Shown here: positions 50,819 through 64,000 of the stretch, piece after piece | Numbering within the stretch: the first letter of the stretch is position 1 | Layout of the letters: each line of letters begins with the position of its first letter | NCBI GenBank assembly: GCA_965112155.1 | Contig: OZ218100.1 | DNA from: Podarcis liolepis | Taxonomy: Eukaryota | Length of the DNA stretch: 64,000 nt | Reading direction: 5' to 3' (one strand) | The notes under the pieces: model-generated | The model's database searches: none | What the model saw: only the letters and a program-made list of their open reading frames with translations | What the model was told of the DNA's origin: nothing | Made by a program: the position numbers and the translations under genes

Positions 50819-53753
50819 TTTTAAAAATATATAGTGAAATGTAAATTTCATGATAATTTTTTTAAGTTGCATATTAGTGGAATTGGGATTGAACAGGTTT
50901 AGGATGAGCACCTGCAGAAGCAAGAGAGATGAAAAATAGACTGATTCATTAATCCCTAATTGCAATACAGTATGGGGGGCAATTAAAATGGCCTTTTGTT
51001 CTAACTATGATGATAGCTCTTGTTTTCAAGTCATGCTACATTTCCTTCAATATCTTTAAAAAGCACCGATATTGGGCTTTGGTAATATTAAATTTAGCTG
51101 ATTGATCAACTGCCTTTTTACTGCTTCATCAACTAAAATAGTTAATAGGTTAACAACCCTATTAAAAAAGCACTATCAACTCATATCTAAAAATGGGCAA
51201 TTATGATAAGAAGCATTTCATGCTATCTTCCAAGGACAAATCCATTTATATGCTGTGGCAACACTAAATGAGACTACTCTAGTCTAAGTGAATGGTTAGC
51301 CTAAATATGCCATACCATAGGATTCTAGTTGTACTGTAATCATTCAGGATAACCTATGTGCTGAGTAAGGTATCTTCTCTCATTTCCCATTGACTATAGA
51401 GGGTATTTTCTTAGTACAGTACATGACAGCAGACTTGTCACCTGATTTCCAATGTCAATTGTCGAAGACTAGTGGTCTGTAAAGCATGAAGGAGAATATG
51501 CCCACAAAGACAGATACATGATGAAGCAGTGCAGGATTTTCTGAACAAAGCATTGGTGCTGACCTCCATATCTCTATAACTTCTACTATATGCTTTTCAA
51601 TGCAGGGAGAAGAGGGTGAATGCCAAGGCGTCAAATGTAAAGGTATTAGTATTAATTCAGCTTCTATGTCAAAACCAGACTAGTTCTCTCTAGCTGTTGG
51701 AGACCCACAAAAATCTATCTGCTTGTACTTATCGGTACTTTGTAACTTGTTAACTTCTTAAAAAAAGAAAGACATGGGTGCTTTTCTCAGTCACCAGTGT
51801 GAAAATTATTCAACACCTATTCTTCAGTTCTGTTGTTTCAAACCTGAAAGTACACTTGCATATGCTGAATTTAGCTGTGGAGGTTTACATGGAAGGGATA
51901 AATTGTTGACTTTATGAAGCATCTATTGTGATGTACCATTTCTTAATAGAAGGGCAGTTAACACCTGTAAAATAATTATATCTGCCAAATGTTGTTGCCC
52001 AGAAATATAAATACACAATTGTCCCTGCCATCTGTTAATTGTACTATTTGAATCGCATCATCATATACATATTTACTTGACTTTTACAAACTTTTAAATA
52101 GCTTTCCCAAATGTAGTGTTCCTCAGTGAGGCAGAACTAGGACTGCTAAATAAGTCACTCAGAGATACTATGTGGCCCTATATGGTGGTAACCAACCATA
52201 GCCTTCCAGATTAAAGATCCAGTCAGCACTTACTAGTTTCTTGTTCTGGACACTTTGCATAACAGCAATAAAGATAAATGGAGACCAACCATCTTGGGTA
52301 ATGACATCATTTGTCAAAGTCATGAACAGCTGGCACATAAATATGATGAGAAACAAAGCAGATTGTCAGGATGGATACAGAATTCGAGTTTTCTAATTGA
52401 GAGAGTGTCTTAAGCAGCAGGAGGGGTAATGGTATTCAAACACACAGCTTACTGAATGTTTTTTATAGGAAACTACAGTTTAGGAATTCATGTTAGATGC
52501 TCCACATGCATCTTGTAGAAGAAAGAACACCTTAAAAATGAAGTCATTCTTTCAAATATATCTGTTCAAAGAAACAAACATCAGATGTTACCACAGTAAA
52601 TGGTGGCTAGGTAATTTTAGGTGGCTTCAACACACTGTAGACACAATGAGAGTAGTTTTTCAGTTGCATGGAGTGGGTACCTGAGTAACTATGGTGACAT
52701 GCAGTAATGTGATTCACACATAGATCTCACTTTGCAGTGGAGAGGGAGAAAACAGTGACCAAATGCACATGCAGTGCTGTAGCTCTGACTTTTTTTAGAG
52801 CTGAGGCAGCCAAAGTGCTTTGCTGCTAAAGAGACAATATAACCTAGATATTTTAACTGCATTTAATGACTTAGAAATTCAGCATATTTAAGCACACAAT
52901 TTGCTGTGTGGTGGTCATGTTTGACACTCCTTTGGCCGCTTCACCCACCGTCCTCCCCAGAGATACAACGTCCGCCCATGTATTTTTTGAAAGCTTTAAA
53001 CCAGTCGAGTACATTAGTTTTGTATGGATCTGGAGGGGTGGGAGTGGGCAACCTGGAGGAAATGAAAACAGCATTTTGCCATTTATTTTAATATGCAATA
53101 TGTGTGTCATCAGATAAATCCACGCTATGGCAACAATTGTCTTGCTAATCCTAAATATAGAAGGCCAGTAGGAGAGCCCAGCAAGAAGTGTTAACAATGC
53201 CAAGCTGCATTAGTTTCTCCAACTGTGAGGAATTTTTCAATATCAACAGTATTGAAATTAAATTGCAACTTAGGTCAAAAGCTTCAAGATAGCTTAGTGA
53301 CAGAATATTATATCCTTAATTAATTCTATCTAAATTTGATCAAGGGTTTTGTGTGTGCATGTTATTTAAGCACCCACCTTTTCATTACTGGGCTTTAGGT
53401 TCCTATTTTGATCAAAAGTTACGGATATTTAATTTCCTGAGTTTAATTAATCTGTTTTCCCCCCTTCTGTTTTGTGAGGAAAAGGTCTGTTAAATACATG
53501 CAAGTTCCAACACAGGTCAGAACACCTTCCAGTCAGGTCACAGGACTCTCAAGAGTAGCTTGAGGACAGCCTAGTCCACTTGCATAGGGCTCTGCAGCAT
53601 GTGCATATCAGCACACAAATGCATTATTGCCAATGCAACACATGTGGGCACAGCGACACCACTGATGCCGTCCGCTGCAAAACCTGAGCTCAGTTGAATT
53701 CAGATGCTCCCTGCCTCCTTGATCATGGTGGTTACCTTCCTCCTCAACAAGTA

Positions 53754-53971
53754 CAGTGGTACCTCAGGTTAAGTATTCAATTCGTTCCGGAGGTCCATAC
53801 TTAACCTGAAACTGTTCTTAACCTGAAGCACCACTTTAGCTAATGGGTCCTCCTGCTGCTGCCGAAACACAATTTCTGTTCTCATCATGAAACAAAGTTA
53901 TTAACCTGAAGCACTACTTCTGGGTTAGCGGAGTCTGTAACCTGAAGCGTATGTAACCCGAGGTACCACTG
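53754..53971. mobile_element. Tc1/mariner (Tigger-like) MITE, family A
   Basis: TA|CAGTGGTACCTC...GAGGTACCACTG|TA. Confidence 0.92.
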
Positions 53972-54907
53972 TATATTGAGCCGAAGAAGGAAGTTGCAAG
54001 AGTAGTGCTCTGTCCCAGTTTCTCTTTCAGCTCTATGACTGGAATTCAGTGCTGTCCTAAAGTGATTGTTCCATCAGCCCAAGTATTTCTGCTAGCCAGA
54101 ATGAACTAGTGGGAGTTATTGCACTGACCTGGTAGCCCAACAACTGCCCAATGTGCTTTCAAAGGTTAATGCTATGGGATCTATTTTTGTATGCATATAA
54201 TTTGGAAAAGTAAAGGCTGTGAGTGTGTGTTCTCTCTTTCTGCATCTTTTGGGCTGCTGGGGGGTTTTGGGGTGGAGAGACAGTTGACAAGACAAGGGGA
54301 TGCTCTTAGCACAGTGCATTATTTCACTGGTCCATTGGCTAAATTAAAATGAGCAAAGTGGCCTTCTGAAGTGCCCACCTTCATTTTGAAACAGAAGCCT
54401 GAAGTCACTGGAGAATTAATGTGCAGAAATCCAGTATACTTTCTTTATTTAGAAGTCGGAAGCAAGTGCTATGTGTCACGCACATATTATTCGGTATGAC
54501 AAACAGTCTGTTCTCTCCTTCCCAACAATTTTTCCATCGGCCACAGGGGGAAATCCCTTCTAGCTGAATGCAGACACCCAAAACTGCTACTGTGGATTAA
54601 AGATTCTCTAATCATCAAATCTTTTTATAGTTAAGAGTGGCAGAAAATGCTGGCACCCATTCAGACTCTGAAAGATAAGCCACTGTGTCCAATTATGGCC
54701 ACAATCCAAACTCTGTGCCAGGCACAAAAGCATAACACACCCTTGCTTTCCTTGCTGACTTAACATGAAATACTAGGATAAAGAAAGAGAACCAACTGCA
54801 GAGTACTATGAATGTTCCAGATAGTCTCTTATCCTGGAGAGAAACATAGGAAACTGCCTTGTTTATCTATTTAGCTTAGGATTGCCTGCACTGACCAACA
54901 GATTTCA

Positions 54908-55130
54908 CCAGTGTGGTGTAGTGGTTCAGAGCGATAGACTCGTAATCTGGGGAACTGGGTTCGCGTCTCCGCTCCTCCACATGCAGCTGCTGGGTGACCT
55001 TGGGCCAGTCACATTTCTTGAAGTCTCTCAGCCCCACTCACCTCACAGAGTGTTTGTTGTGGGGGAGGAAGGGAAAGGAGAACGTTAGCCACTTTGAGAC
55101 TCCCTAGGGTAGTGATAAAGCGGGATATCT
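54908..55130 (+). mobile_element. tRNA-derived SINE (squamate type)
   Basis: A-box 'tggtgtagtggtt', B-box 'ggttcgcgtctcc', core 'gggtgaccttgggccagtcac...ctcacctcacagagtg'. Confidence 0.8.
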
Positions 55131-58100
55131 TCTTCTTCCAAATTTAAAGGCACACAGTAAATTAGAGGGACACAAACCACTAGTCGTCCATTTTAACCTG
55201 TCCTGCCTCCTCAGACTTGAGTGTACAACCCAAGATCCTTTAATTCAGAGGCACCTAACCTGTGGTACTCCAGATGTTGCTCAACTGCAGGTCCCATCAG
55301 CCCTAGCCAGCACAACCAAAGGCCAGGAGTGATTGGAAGCTGTAGTTCAGAAACTTCAAGAGGACCATGGGTAAGCTATCCCAGGTTTAACCTCAAATAC
55401 TAGGACCAGGACTCTTACACATGAAAAGAGAACACTCAGTCAATTGGTTATAGCCCCTTAGCTATTATTCTTTTTGAATCTATGCCTCAAACACAGTCTT
55501 TGCCCAGCCTAGAGTTGCAGCTTACAATATCTGGAGGGCAACAGGTTGTTGAAGGTACTCAAAATGAACACAGATTTTAAAAAAGCCTTGACCTCTGCTC
55601 TTCTTTTCTCCTTAGGAAATGTGACAGGGGGGTAGTGAAACAGAAAGCTTTGGACACCTACAAGGACAATAGGACACCAGTGGACAATATTTCTATTCCA
55701 GAGAAAGGAAAACAAAGATATAATAAGCTGCATGGAATAATTTTTACTCCCAGTCCCAAAAATTAAAGTACAATTAACCATTTAAACAAAAAAAATCTCC
55801 TTACCTCAAATTTAATAATGCCAAATTAGAGCCCACTAATGCTGTGATAATGTCTTATAATGGAATTCTGCGGCTCCAAGCTGTGTCATTAGCTGTTCCC
55901 TTTCACTCCAGTCTTTCCCCTGAAGTAAAATATTATCCTGCCTAATAGTTTGTGTATAAAATATTTAAATAAATCAGGCCCATTTATGCATATGCATTCT
56001 TTCCTTAAAGGTCACACCAGCTTTTCAGCCAAATAATTACAAAGCACTACACGCAGTTAAATTTTGGTTCAGTAATTTAAGGGAAAGCACTCAAGAGCTT
56101 ACCCAAGAAGCTATATATTAAAGGGCAAGGCTAAAAGCATTTGTCAAACTTAAACAAATTAGTCCTATGTTACTGCTCATCCTGCTAAGTTCTGCTACTT
56201 TCAATTTTGTCCCAAATGTTATGTCCCTAAACAGCTGTTGTGTGTGGCATGCTGGGGAAAAACATTCTGCATCTCATAATCATTGTAGTTCTAGGGCAAG
56301 TTTGTCACAACTGCTATTTAGATTCACAAGTGCATGCATGTACAACTGACTTGGTGTTTAGACTACAGAATCATCAAGCTTTAAGAGTACATATATCTTT
56401 GGCCTGAACATTAATTGTAAATATGATTTGCATGCAACACTGAATCATAGTTTAGTGTTATGAGCATTTGCTACAGCAAGCCTTGGGCTTGCACATCACT
56501 GTTATGAAATGCTCTTGCCTTGAGAGGTTTATCTATGCTGACTCTGCTCTCTTCTCTTTTGGGTGCCAAATGAAGGCATTTCCCCTCTAGGTATTTTATT
56601 ACTTTTAATATTTGGGGGGGGTATCACTATTAGTATTATTCTGGAAACCAAATGTACTTTTGCTTCATTGTGTTGTGGCTGCTTCCCAATAACTCAGTCT
56701 GTTTTGCTTTAGAGCTACTTGAAACCCTTAAGTGTTTAAGATAATATAAAAATTATGTAAGAAAAACAAAGGAAACTGTGCTATATGTTCCTATGGGGGT
56801 TCTTTAACAAGGGGAGGAAGCTTGCAATTAAAGGGCACCAGGATCAAAATGCAGCTCAGCCTGCTATTATTGCTAGTCTACCTTCTCTCTTGCAAAGACA
56901 GCAGATATGTTTTATTGGATAATATTAATGTCAAGGGCCAAAGGCAGAATGACAAGACCAATTAGATGCTTGCTCTGTTTGAAAAATGGAAGGCATTACT
57001 GGCACTGTCCACTCCAAAACTTTTGTGTTATATTCCTACCACCGTTTCTCAAACCTTCTCATAAAAAATGTAGTAGAAAAGAAATAAGTGGAAGTAACTG
57101 GCAATCAGAACAGTATCGGAAACTCTTCAGCCGTTGAAAACAACAATCTATACACTTGCGTTTCATTCATGAGTGATGATACCAAGAGAGGAATTTGGAG
57201 CAAAAACACAAAAAGCGCAACACAAATTCATTCATTTCCAGTTTTGAAATTCAAATTGAGCAGCCTGCAGAGAAGCCAATAAGCTCTCTAGCAGAGTATA
57301 AAGTCTACATAGGCCTTAAGATCTAGCACAAGTGTATTATGTATAATGAAGTAAAATGAATAAATAGCATCCAGGTTGAACAAATCCAGCACTACTTCCG
57401 CCCAAGCAAGCGAAACCAAGGCAAAACTATAGAGTTATGAATACAAATCTCTCAAAACCTGCATAAATATTGCATCCCCCCTCCCTCAAGAACAGTTGCC
57501 GAAGAACCAGATACATCATTATTTAAAAACACAACATAAAGCAGACCAGCTGGCAATGGCTTTTCTGGAACAGAGTATTTCAGGTAGAAGAAAAACTGTT
57601 CTCCGCCCTACCCACTCTGCCTCTACTTACCGGTGAAAAAACAGTCCTGCAACTACTGTTAACATAAGAACAGTCCTGCTGGATGAATCCAAAGGCCTGT
57701 CTAGCCCAACATGCTGTTCTCCAGTGGCTAACCAGATGCCCATGGGAAACCCACAATAACAGGACTCTCCCCATTTGTGATTCACTGCAGTCTACCGTTT
57801 GTGCCCAAGGTGTCCACCCAATTTTGCTGTGAGTATGTGCTTATGATGGAGAAGACAGCACATGGCAATAGTCAACCCTACGCCCCCTGCTCTTGATGTA
57901 AATCTTGCTCAACCTAGCCCATTAAATAGCTGCTGGGTGTGAGAGGGCAGAAAGGGAGGGGAGGGAAGGGAAGGGAAGGGAAGGAGAGGATGAATGGCCC
58001 ACCGCTGATAGAATTGGGCTTAATCAGCTTTAACTGCTCTGTCTGTGAACCTCAATGTGGTTCTGTAATGATAAAATGTTATCGGGGGAAATTATGAGAG

Positions 58101-60830
58101 GTGGGAAGAAGAGAGAGAAACTTTTCTTGATTCATCGGGAGGGGGATAGAAATAGAATTCCACAAAGTTGCCTTTGCTGTCCTTCATTCAGTGACTACCT
58201 TTCAACCACCGTAATGTCAAAAGCCTGAATTGATTTTTGCAGCGAATTTATCTTTAGGGCTGTCACCAAGATAAATAATATCGTCCTTTATAAACAGAAA
58301 TAGAGGATTTATTCAGAGGAATTTCTTGCATCTGTATGTGCTGCATTTTGAAGTTTTAAAAAATGTATTTAAAATGTGTGCTCTGGAATTCTGAGAGCCT
58401 GCCCACAAGAAAATGGAAAGTGGAAAAACAAACAGCAATTGTCATTCTCTTAAACTTTTCAGGTGAACGTGTGACAAATAACCTGTTAATTTTATAAACT
58501 TTTCCATATCCTAAATATTTACCAGGTGAATCAGATCTTAATTAAAAAGAAAAAGGACCCTGCCAACCTTTGCCTGTCTCTTGTTCCCTTTATTTCTCTC
58601 CATGACTCCCCACTTTCTCCCCTGGCTGGGAAAGGTTCCACTTTGTTAGCTGTCCCCAACCTGAGGTGATGGCAGAGGTGGCAACAGCAACAGGCAAGGG
58701 GGTATGTAAAGAAGATCCAAACTGCTGGGCTCTTCTGATGGTCTGTTCCACTGCAAAGGCACACTTGAAGTGTGGCTGAAGAATGCTCTGCAAACCCTCA
58801 TTTCTTCCCCAGGCCACTGCCCCTCAGCATCCCTGGTCTGCATTCTCCCCAAATGCCTGCCTACACTTTGCCCTTGCACTGCAATAAAGTCTCTTGCTTG
58901 CCTGCGCAGCTGTAGATGTGTGCATGTGGTGAAATGTCTGACAGCACAGTTGGAATACTGCTTATTGTACTAAGGTAAGAGTCAGATTTATTACCTCATC
59001 CACAAGGGAATGCAGTCCAGAAGGTTCATGCCTTCTGTTCTTCCACAAGACCCTTAAGAAATGTATGTCTTAATTAAAGTCAATAGTCAAGCATTACATG
59101 CAGTAATAGCCTTATCTTAAGAGCTACTTCTAAATGGAATTTCAAAGGGATGTTCCTTAAGATGCATGTCACTCTGGTAGAGTTACATGCTTAGTTATTT
59201 CACAGCAAAGATGTAGTCCTAAACCGCTGAGCTGCTTCCAAGCAGCCCTTTCATGTGGAACAAACATTCAGGGATCTGCCTGCACAATATACAGCACCAA
59301 TCCTACAGAGGCAGGAAATGAGAATGTTGCAAAATATTTACAAAAATGAAAACCAGTACATTTATAAATATTGTTGTGCAACGAAGTGCACAAATCACAA
59401 TAACATCTTACATGAATTCTTAACTTCAGCCTGAATCTTGTCTGCTCTACAAGCTGCTTAGAGGTTTTGATGATTAAGCAGTATATAAATCCTGCTTAAT
59501 AAAAATCATCATCACCATCTACATTTTATGTGTATGCCGCCTTTCCACAGTTAAAAACAATGCTCAAGGCGTCATACAACATGACAAGATTTACACAATT
59601 ACAAAAGTCAAACAATAGACCACATCAAAAACATACACAACCAGATGGAAAACAATTTCCACATAAATCAAAATCTAAAACTAAGAATACACAGCATTAA
59701 TATCACAGTTGGAAATTACATAGGTAAAAAATAACAGCAATTAAAAAACACACAGAGCAAAAACGGAGCCCTCTCTGCCTAGCAACAGCAGTGGCAGTAG
59801 CAGTAGTCCTTTATGGAGCCTGTCAGGCCCCGTCCTAGGCCAGGTGGTGAGTGGCAGGACTGGGGCCCTAAGTTGTTGAGCAGGGGAGTCCAAATAAATG
59901 CTCATTCATCCCTCATGCCAGGGGTAGCCAACACAGGACCATCCAGATGTTTCTGGACTAGAACTCCCATCATCTATGCTGTCTGGAGATGACAGGAAGT
60001 TCAACCACATCTAAAGGGCACCACATTAACTACCCTTGTCAAGATAGCCCCTCCAGACTTCCACTGGCTCTAGCACCCTGCAGAGGCAACTTCTCTTGTA
60101 GACTAGACACTACCTGCATCCCCTGGGAGCCTTAGGCTTCCACAGAACTGGAAAGGTTTGGTACAGAATGAGGCAAGTGGCCCGCACTGCATGCAACCAT
60201 TTAATTTAATGACCTGGAGAGAAAATTTGTTGTTGTTTCCTGTGAGTAGAGCCATCCTACAGATCTTTATTATTAGGTTTCTTTAGAGATGGGGATATCA
60301 TCCACAGGCACTTTCTGTGGGCATTATATGGTTCTGTTTGATGTTATCAAAGAAACTTGTTTAAGCACATTGTTGAGGAACAAGAACTGGGACAAGTGCA
60401 GCGAGGCCTTTGATTCAAGTCACCTGTTTGGCATTCCATTTGTTTGTAATGCTTTATCTCCCTTGAGACAGTAATGTGATGTCTACATTGGGAATTGAGA
60501 TAGTGGAATGAAACTTCGTATGCAGGCTTCGGGCAGTGTTCAGATGTAAAATGTAGATCCCCAGCTCTCTCTTTCTACTTGTCTCATTGGCCAAGAAGAA
60601 TATGTTGGAGACATTACAGAAGTAAGATTACATGCTGTATCAGCCATACTTTACAAGCTTTTTGGTTTTCTCCAACTAAAGGGTTAAAAGAGGAAACTTG
60701 CAATGTCAGGTCTCCTTTATTGTTTGCAAAAACTCTTATTAGATCCATGTTTAGCGGAAACAGTTACAAATGCATGTTCAAAATATACAAATATTACTTT
60801 ATTTTGTGCACATCTGTTTTAGTCTGAAAT

Positions 60831-61332
60831 GCCTCACTTGGAGTACTGTGTTCAGTTCTGGGCACCACAATTGTAAGAAGTTTGTTGACAAGCTGGAATG
60901 TGTACCAAGGACAGCAAACAAGATGATCAAGGGTCTGGAAACCAAGCCTTATGAGGAACAGTTGAGGGAGTTGGGCAGGTTAGCCTGGATAAGAGGAGAC
61001 TGAGAGGAGATATGATAGCCATCCTCAGATATCTAAAGGGCTGTCACATGTAAGAGGGAGCAAGCCTGTTTTCTCCTCCTCCATAGGGTAGGAACTGAAC
61101 CAATGGATTCATATTACAGGAAGGGAGATTCCAGCAAAAATCAGGGAAAAACTTCTGGCAGTAAGAGCTCTTTGACAGTGGAATGTAGTGGTATCTCCTT
61201 CACTAGAGGTTTTTAAGCAGAGGTTTGATGGCCATCTGTCCTGGATGCTTTAGTTGAGGTTCCTGCATTGCAGAGGGTTGGACAAGACCCCTGGGGTCTC
61301 TTCTAACTCTACAATTCTAGGATTATATGATT
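60831..61332 (+). mobile_element. CR1 LINE 3' fragment (ORF2 C-terminus + 3' UTR)
   Basis: Translation 'VDKLECVPRTANKMIKGLETKPYEEQLRELG'; 3' end homologous to 41672-41857. Confidence 0.88.
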
Positions 61333-63344
61333 CCAAAACTACCTTCAATCCTACTGGTGGCATCAATAAGATTAAGCCAACTTAAATGAAATAGACATTT
61401 TTAAAATTTAAAATTAACAAAGCAATATATTTCCATTATTTCAAAAAGCATTCAGAGCCCACAGTTTTTAAACATTAATTATTAAGGTACCCAAAATAGT
61501 TTCACAACTTACAACAAAGATAACACAGTGCCATGAAATGCCAAAACAACTCAAACTGCCTCCTTTCTGTGCTGTGAGAACTGAAGTCTGACAAAATTCA
61601 AGTGCTCATATATTCAAGCTAGAAGACACTGTGCTTACTCAAGCAATTCCCCTGCCTTTGATCATGGCTTAAATATTAGCCAGGTTGATCTTTTGCCCTT
61701 CCTTCCAAAAAGAATTGTGGATAAATAAAGCTAGAAGCTTTTATCCAGGAAATAACATTTGTTTCAGCCATCCAACCTGGCAGCAACAACCCTGGAGTCC
61801 TGCACTCAACTCCAGAGTAGATGGCAACTCCAGGAGTACCTGGCAGAATCTCAAAGAAGCTTGGCACTGGTTGCATGATGATGAGCAGGAGGCTGAAAAT
61901 TCCCTTATTCTCCCGCCTTCTCCAGCCAATTGGCAGGGGTGGGGGAGATTGACTCAGCTAGGCACAATACATAGGGCTGTTCCATTATACTAAGCCACAA
62001 GTCCAACTCTTTTCACAGACCAGGAAGCTCACCACAAGTGGTTGGTTTCTTGGAACTCACACTAAGAGATCATATCGTCCTTTTCCCTACACTGTGTACT
62101 CTGCTACATTTAATCCTCACGCCAGCTGCAGAGAAACCCTCACACCCCAGATGTAATGTCACTATCTAATGTCATATCAGATGTAATGTTCCTAGATCAG
62201 CTGGCTATGGTGTGTGGTAACCACGTCCACACAGCCAACCCGCAAAGGCAAAGCAGTTACTTAGTAAGAAATACTAAGCACATGGTCTTGCAAACATACA
62301 TTGGAAGCGAATTACAACAGCAGTATTAAGCAGTTTTTCTGATGCAATTTGCAGTAGTAATTGAACCTTCTTCATAATGCTTAAATCTAAACTAAGATAA
62401 GAAACTATATATGAGGGGTATACTACACAATTACATAATGTGCATATTCAGAAATTACTGCTTTCAGTTGTGAAAACTGTATCAATTGTTGAGGATAATT
62501 AAAGATATAGATTTTGAACTCCTGCAGTTGATAATTTGTACTTCTTTTCAACCTGTTCCCTTATTTTCATCATGAGATGGTTAGAAACAATTTATTCCAA
62601 TTTCTGTTGGAGTTCAATTTTTCTAGTAATCTTCATTGTGTGGGTAAAAATTGGCAAAGTGTTGAAAACTAGTTTTTGTCATCACAATCATACTTTCCTG
62701 ACTTTGGAGAAAATTGAGCAGAAATGCCAGTGAAATATATGAAACATTTTCAAGTGTCAGTAAAAATCATGACAATATCTGGCAGGAATGACTGTTTATT
62801 TTTTTAAGTATTTTGATTAAATATGGAGTTGCCATATTTTAGTTTTAATATATGGAATATATGGAGTTTTATTTTAGGAATTTTTAAATAAAAATGGTTT
62901 TTTAAAAAGTTACCCAAAATTGCAATGAGAAAAAGGAAACTAATCACTTGTACCATGATCCAAAGCATTTGCATCAAGGTATTTGCTTACCATAGCAATA
63001 TAGCATCACAGTTTGAGTCACCGCAATGGCTGAGCAGATGGCACATTGAAACTCCATTCTAAGCAGTTGTGTGCTGCCACAGCTAGCTTGAGATTACAGC
63101 TATTAACCAGATCACCGTGCTGTGTACTGTGTACTGAGATCAAAGCCTCTTATTCCTCAGTGTAGCTGGCAAGTGGAGCGATTGAGAGAATGGACACCAT
63201 CCATTCAAAACGTAGCACTTTCAAAACCCATTGGCTTTAATTGCATGCATTTCTTGACACACTTAAGATAAAGTCCTGTTAAGTACAATCAATCTGTTAC
63301 ACACCTTGTTACACACACAACACTGCACTTGATGGGTCCACTGG

Positions 63345-63467
63345 CATGGGTGTGGCTAGGGGGGACAGGGAGGGGCAGCTGCCTCCCTAAATCAATATAA
63401 ATAAATAAAAATACATAGCAAACTGAGATTCTGCCCCCCAAAAACAAAAATCCTGGCTATGCCCATG
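63345..63467. mobile_element. Minimal hAT MITE (123 bp)
   Basis: TIRs CATGGGTGTGGCTAGG / CCTGGCTATGCCCATG. Perfect TSD tccactgg (63337-63344, 63468-63475). Confidence 0.85.
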
Positions 63468-63884
63468 TCCACTGGCATGCTTTTAATTTACTAAGCAAGA
63501 CTCCCTTAACAGGATCTCTCCACAAAGGTCAGTCATGCCTTAACTGTTAAGTGATATGAGTGTGCATTTCTGATTAAGAATGTAAGTAGCAGGATTATAT
63601 TTAATTCCATTTACAAATCACTTACGGTAAACTATTTCAAAGCAATTAGATCAAAATCCACTTAGGCCAGCATTCCTTACAACCAGAAAAAGCAGGCAAT
63701 CTACCATAAATCAACTAGTGCCTCTTCTCACCCCTGTTGTAGGGCATTTAACCCCACGAGGTATTTTCCCAAAGCAGCTTTCTGATTTTGGCTGTCTATG
63801 TCATATAACACTATTAGCTAAGATCAAAACTGTTAAGCTCACCATTTTGGGGATCCTCCTAAAAAAAAAGCTCAATATGGCTAA

Positions 63885-64000
63885 TAAAGGTAAAGGGACC
63901 CCTGACCGTTAGGTCCAGTCGCGGATGACTCTGAGGTTGCAAGCTCATCTAGCTCTATAGGCCGTGGGAGCCGGTGTTTGTCCGCAGACAGCTTCCGGGT
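63885..64000 (-). mobile_element. Sauria SINE 3' part (runs off the window end)
   Basis: aaaggtaaagggacccctgacc.ttaggtccagtc..., homologous to the 4117 copy. Confidence 0.88.

Noticed and set aside
36645-64000. Upstream PTPRK exon 7 (EPPRPIAPP...RTKCA)
   Set aside because: Not found in the ORF track or by reading, so it lies beyond the window in a long intron.

Overview
Vertebrate genomic DNA, almost certainly squamate and probably a lacertid lizard, judging by the Sauria SINEs and the squamate-type tRNA SINEs, CR1/L2 remnants and MITEs. The whole window lies inside one large minus-strand gene, the receptor-type tyrosine phosphatase kappa (PTPRK). Six consecutive coding exons are present, equivalent to human exons ~8-13: 36342-36644, 31640-31749, 29499-29700, 25540-25639, 19921-20194 and 16930-16966. 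They have canonical GT-AG sites, splice in frame (1026 nt, phase 1 to phase 1), and encode FN3 repeats 2-4 with the RTKR furin site. The rest is intron, filled with SINEs, LINE fragments, Tc1/mariner- and hAT-type non-autonomous elements, a nested solo LTR and microsatellites. The most notable object is a young 559-bp hAT element (12177-12735, perfect 8-bp TSD). Its interior resembles a captured host CpG-island promoter/first exon (GC box, CRE, IRF-type motif, GGC/CAG repeats), i.e. a Pack-TIR-like mobile promoter. Several other hAT shells carry different, unrelated cargos. Also noted: a 2-residue in-frame deletion in one PTPRK exon relative to the remembered human sequence, scrambled SINE 5' junctions, and a candidate in-frame microexon. 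Nearly all other ORFs in the six-frame track are spurious.
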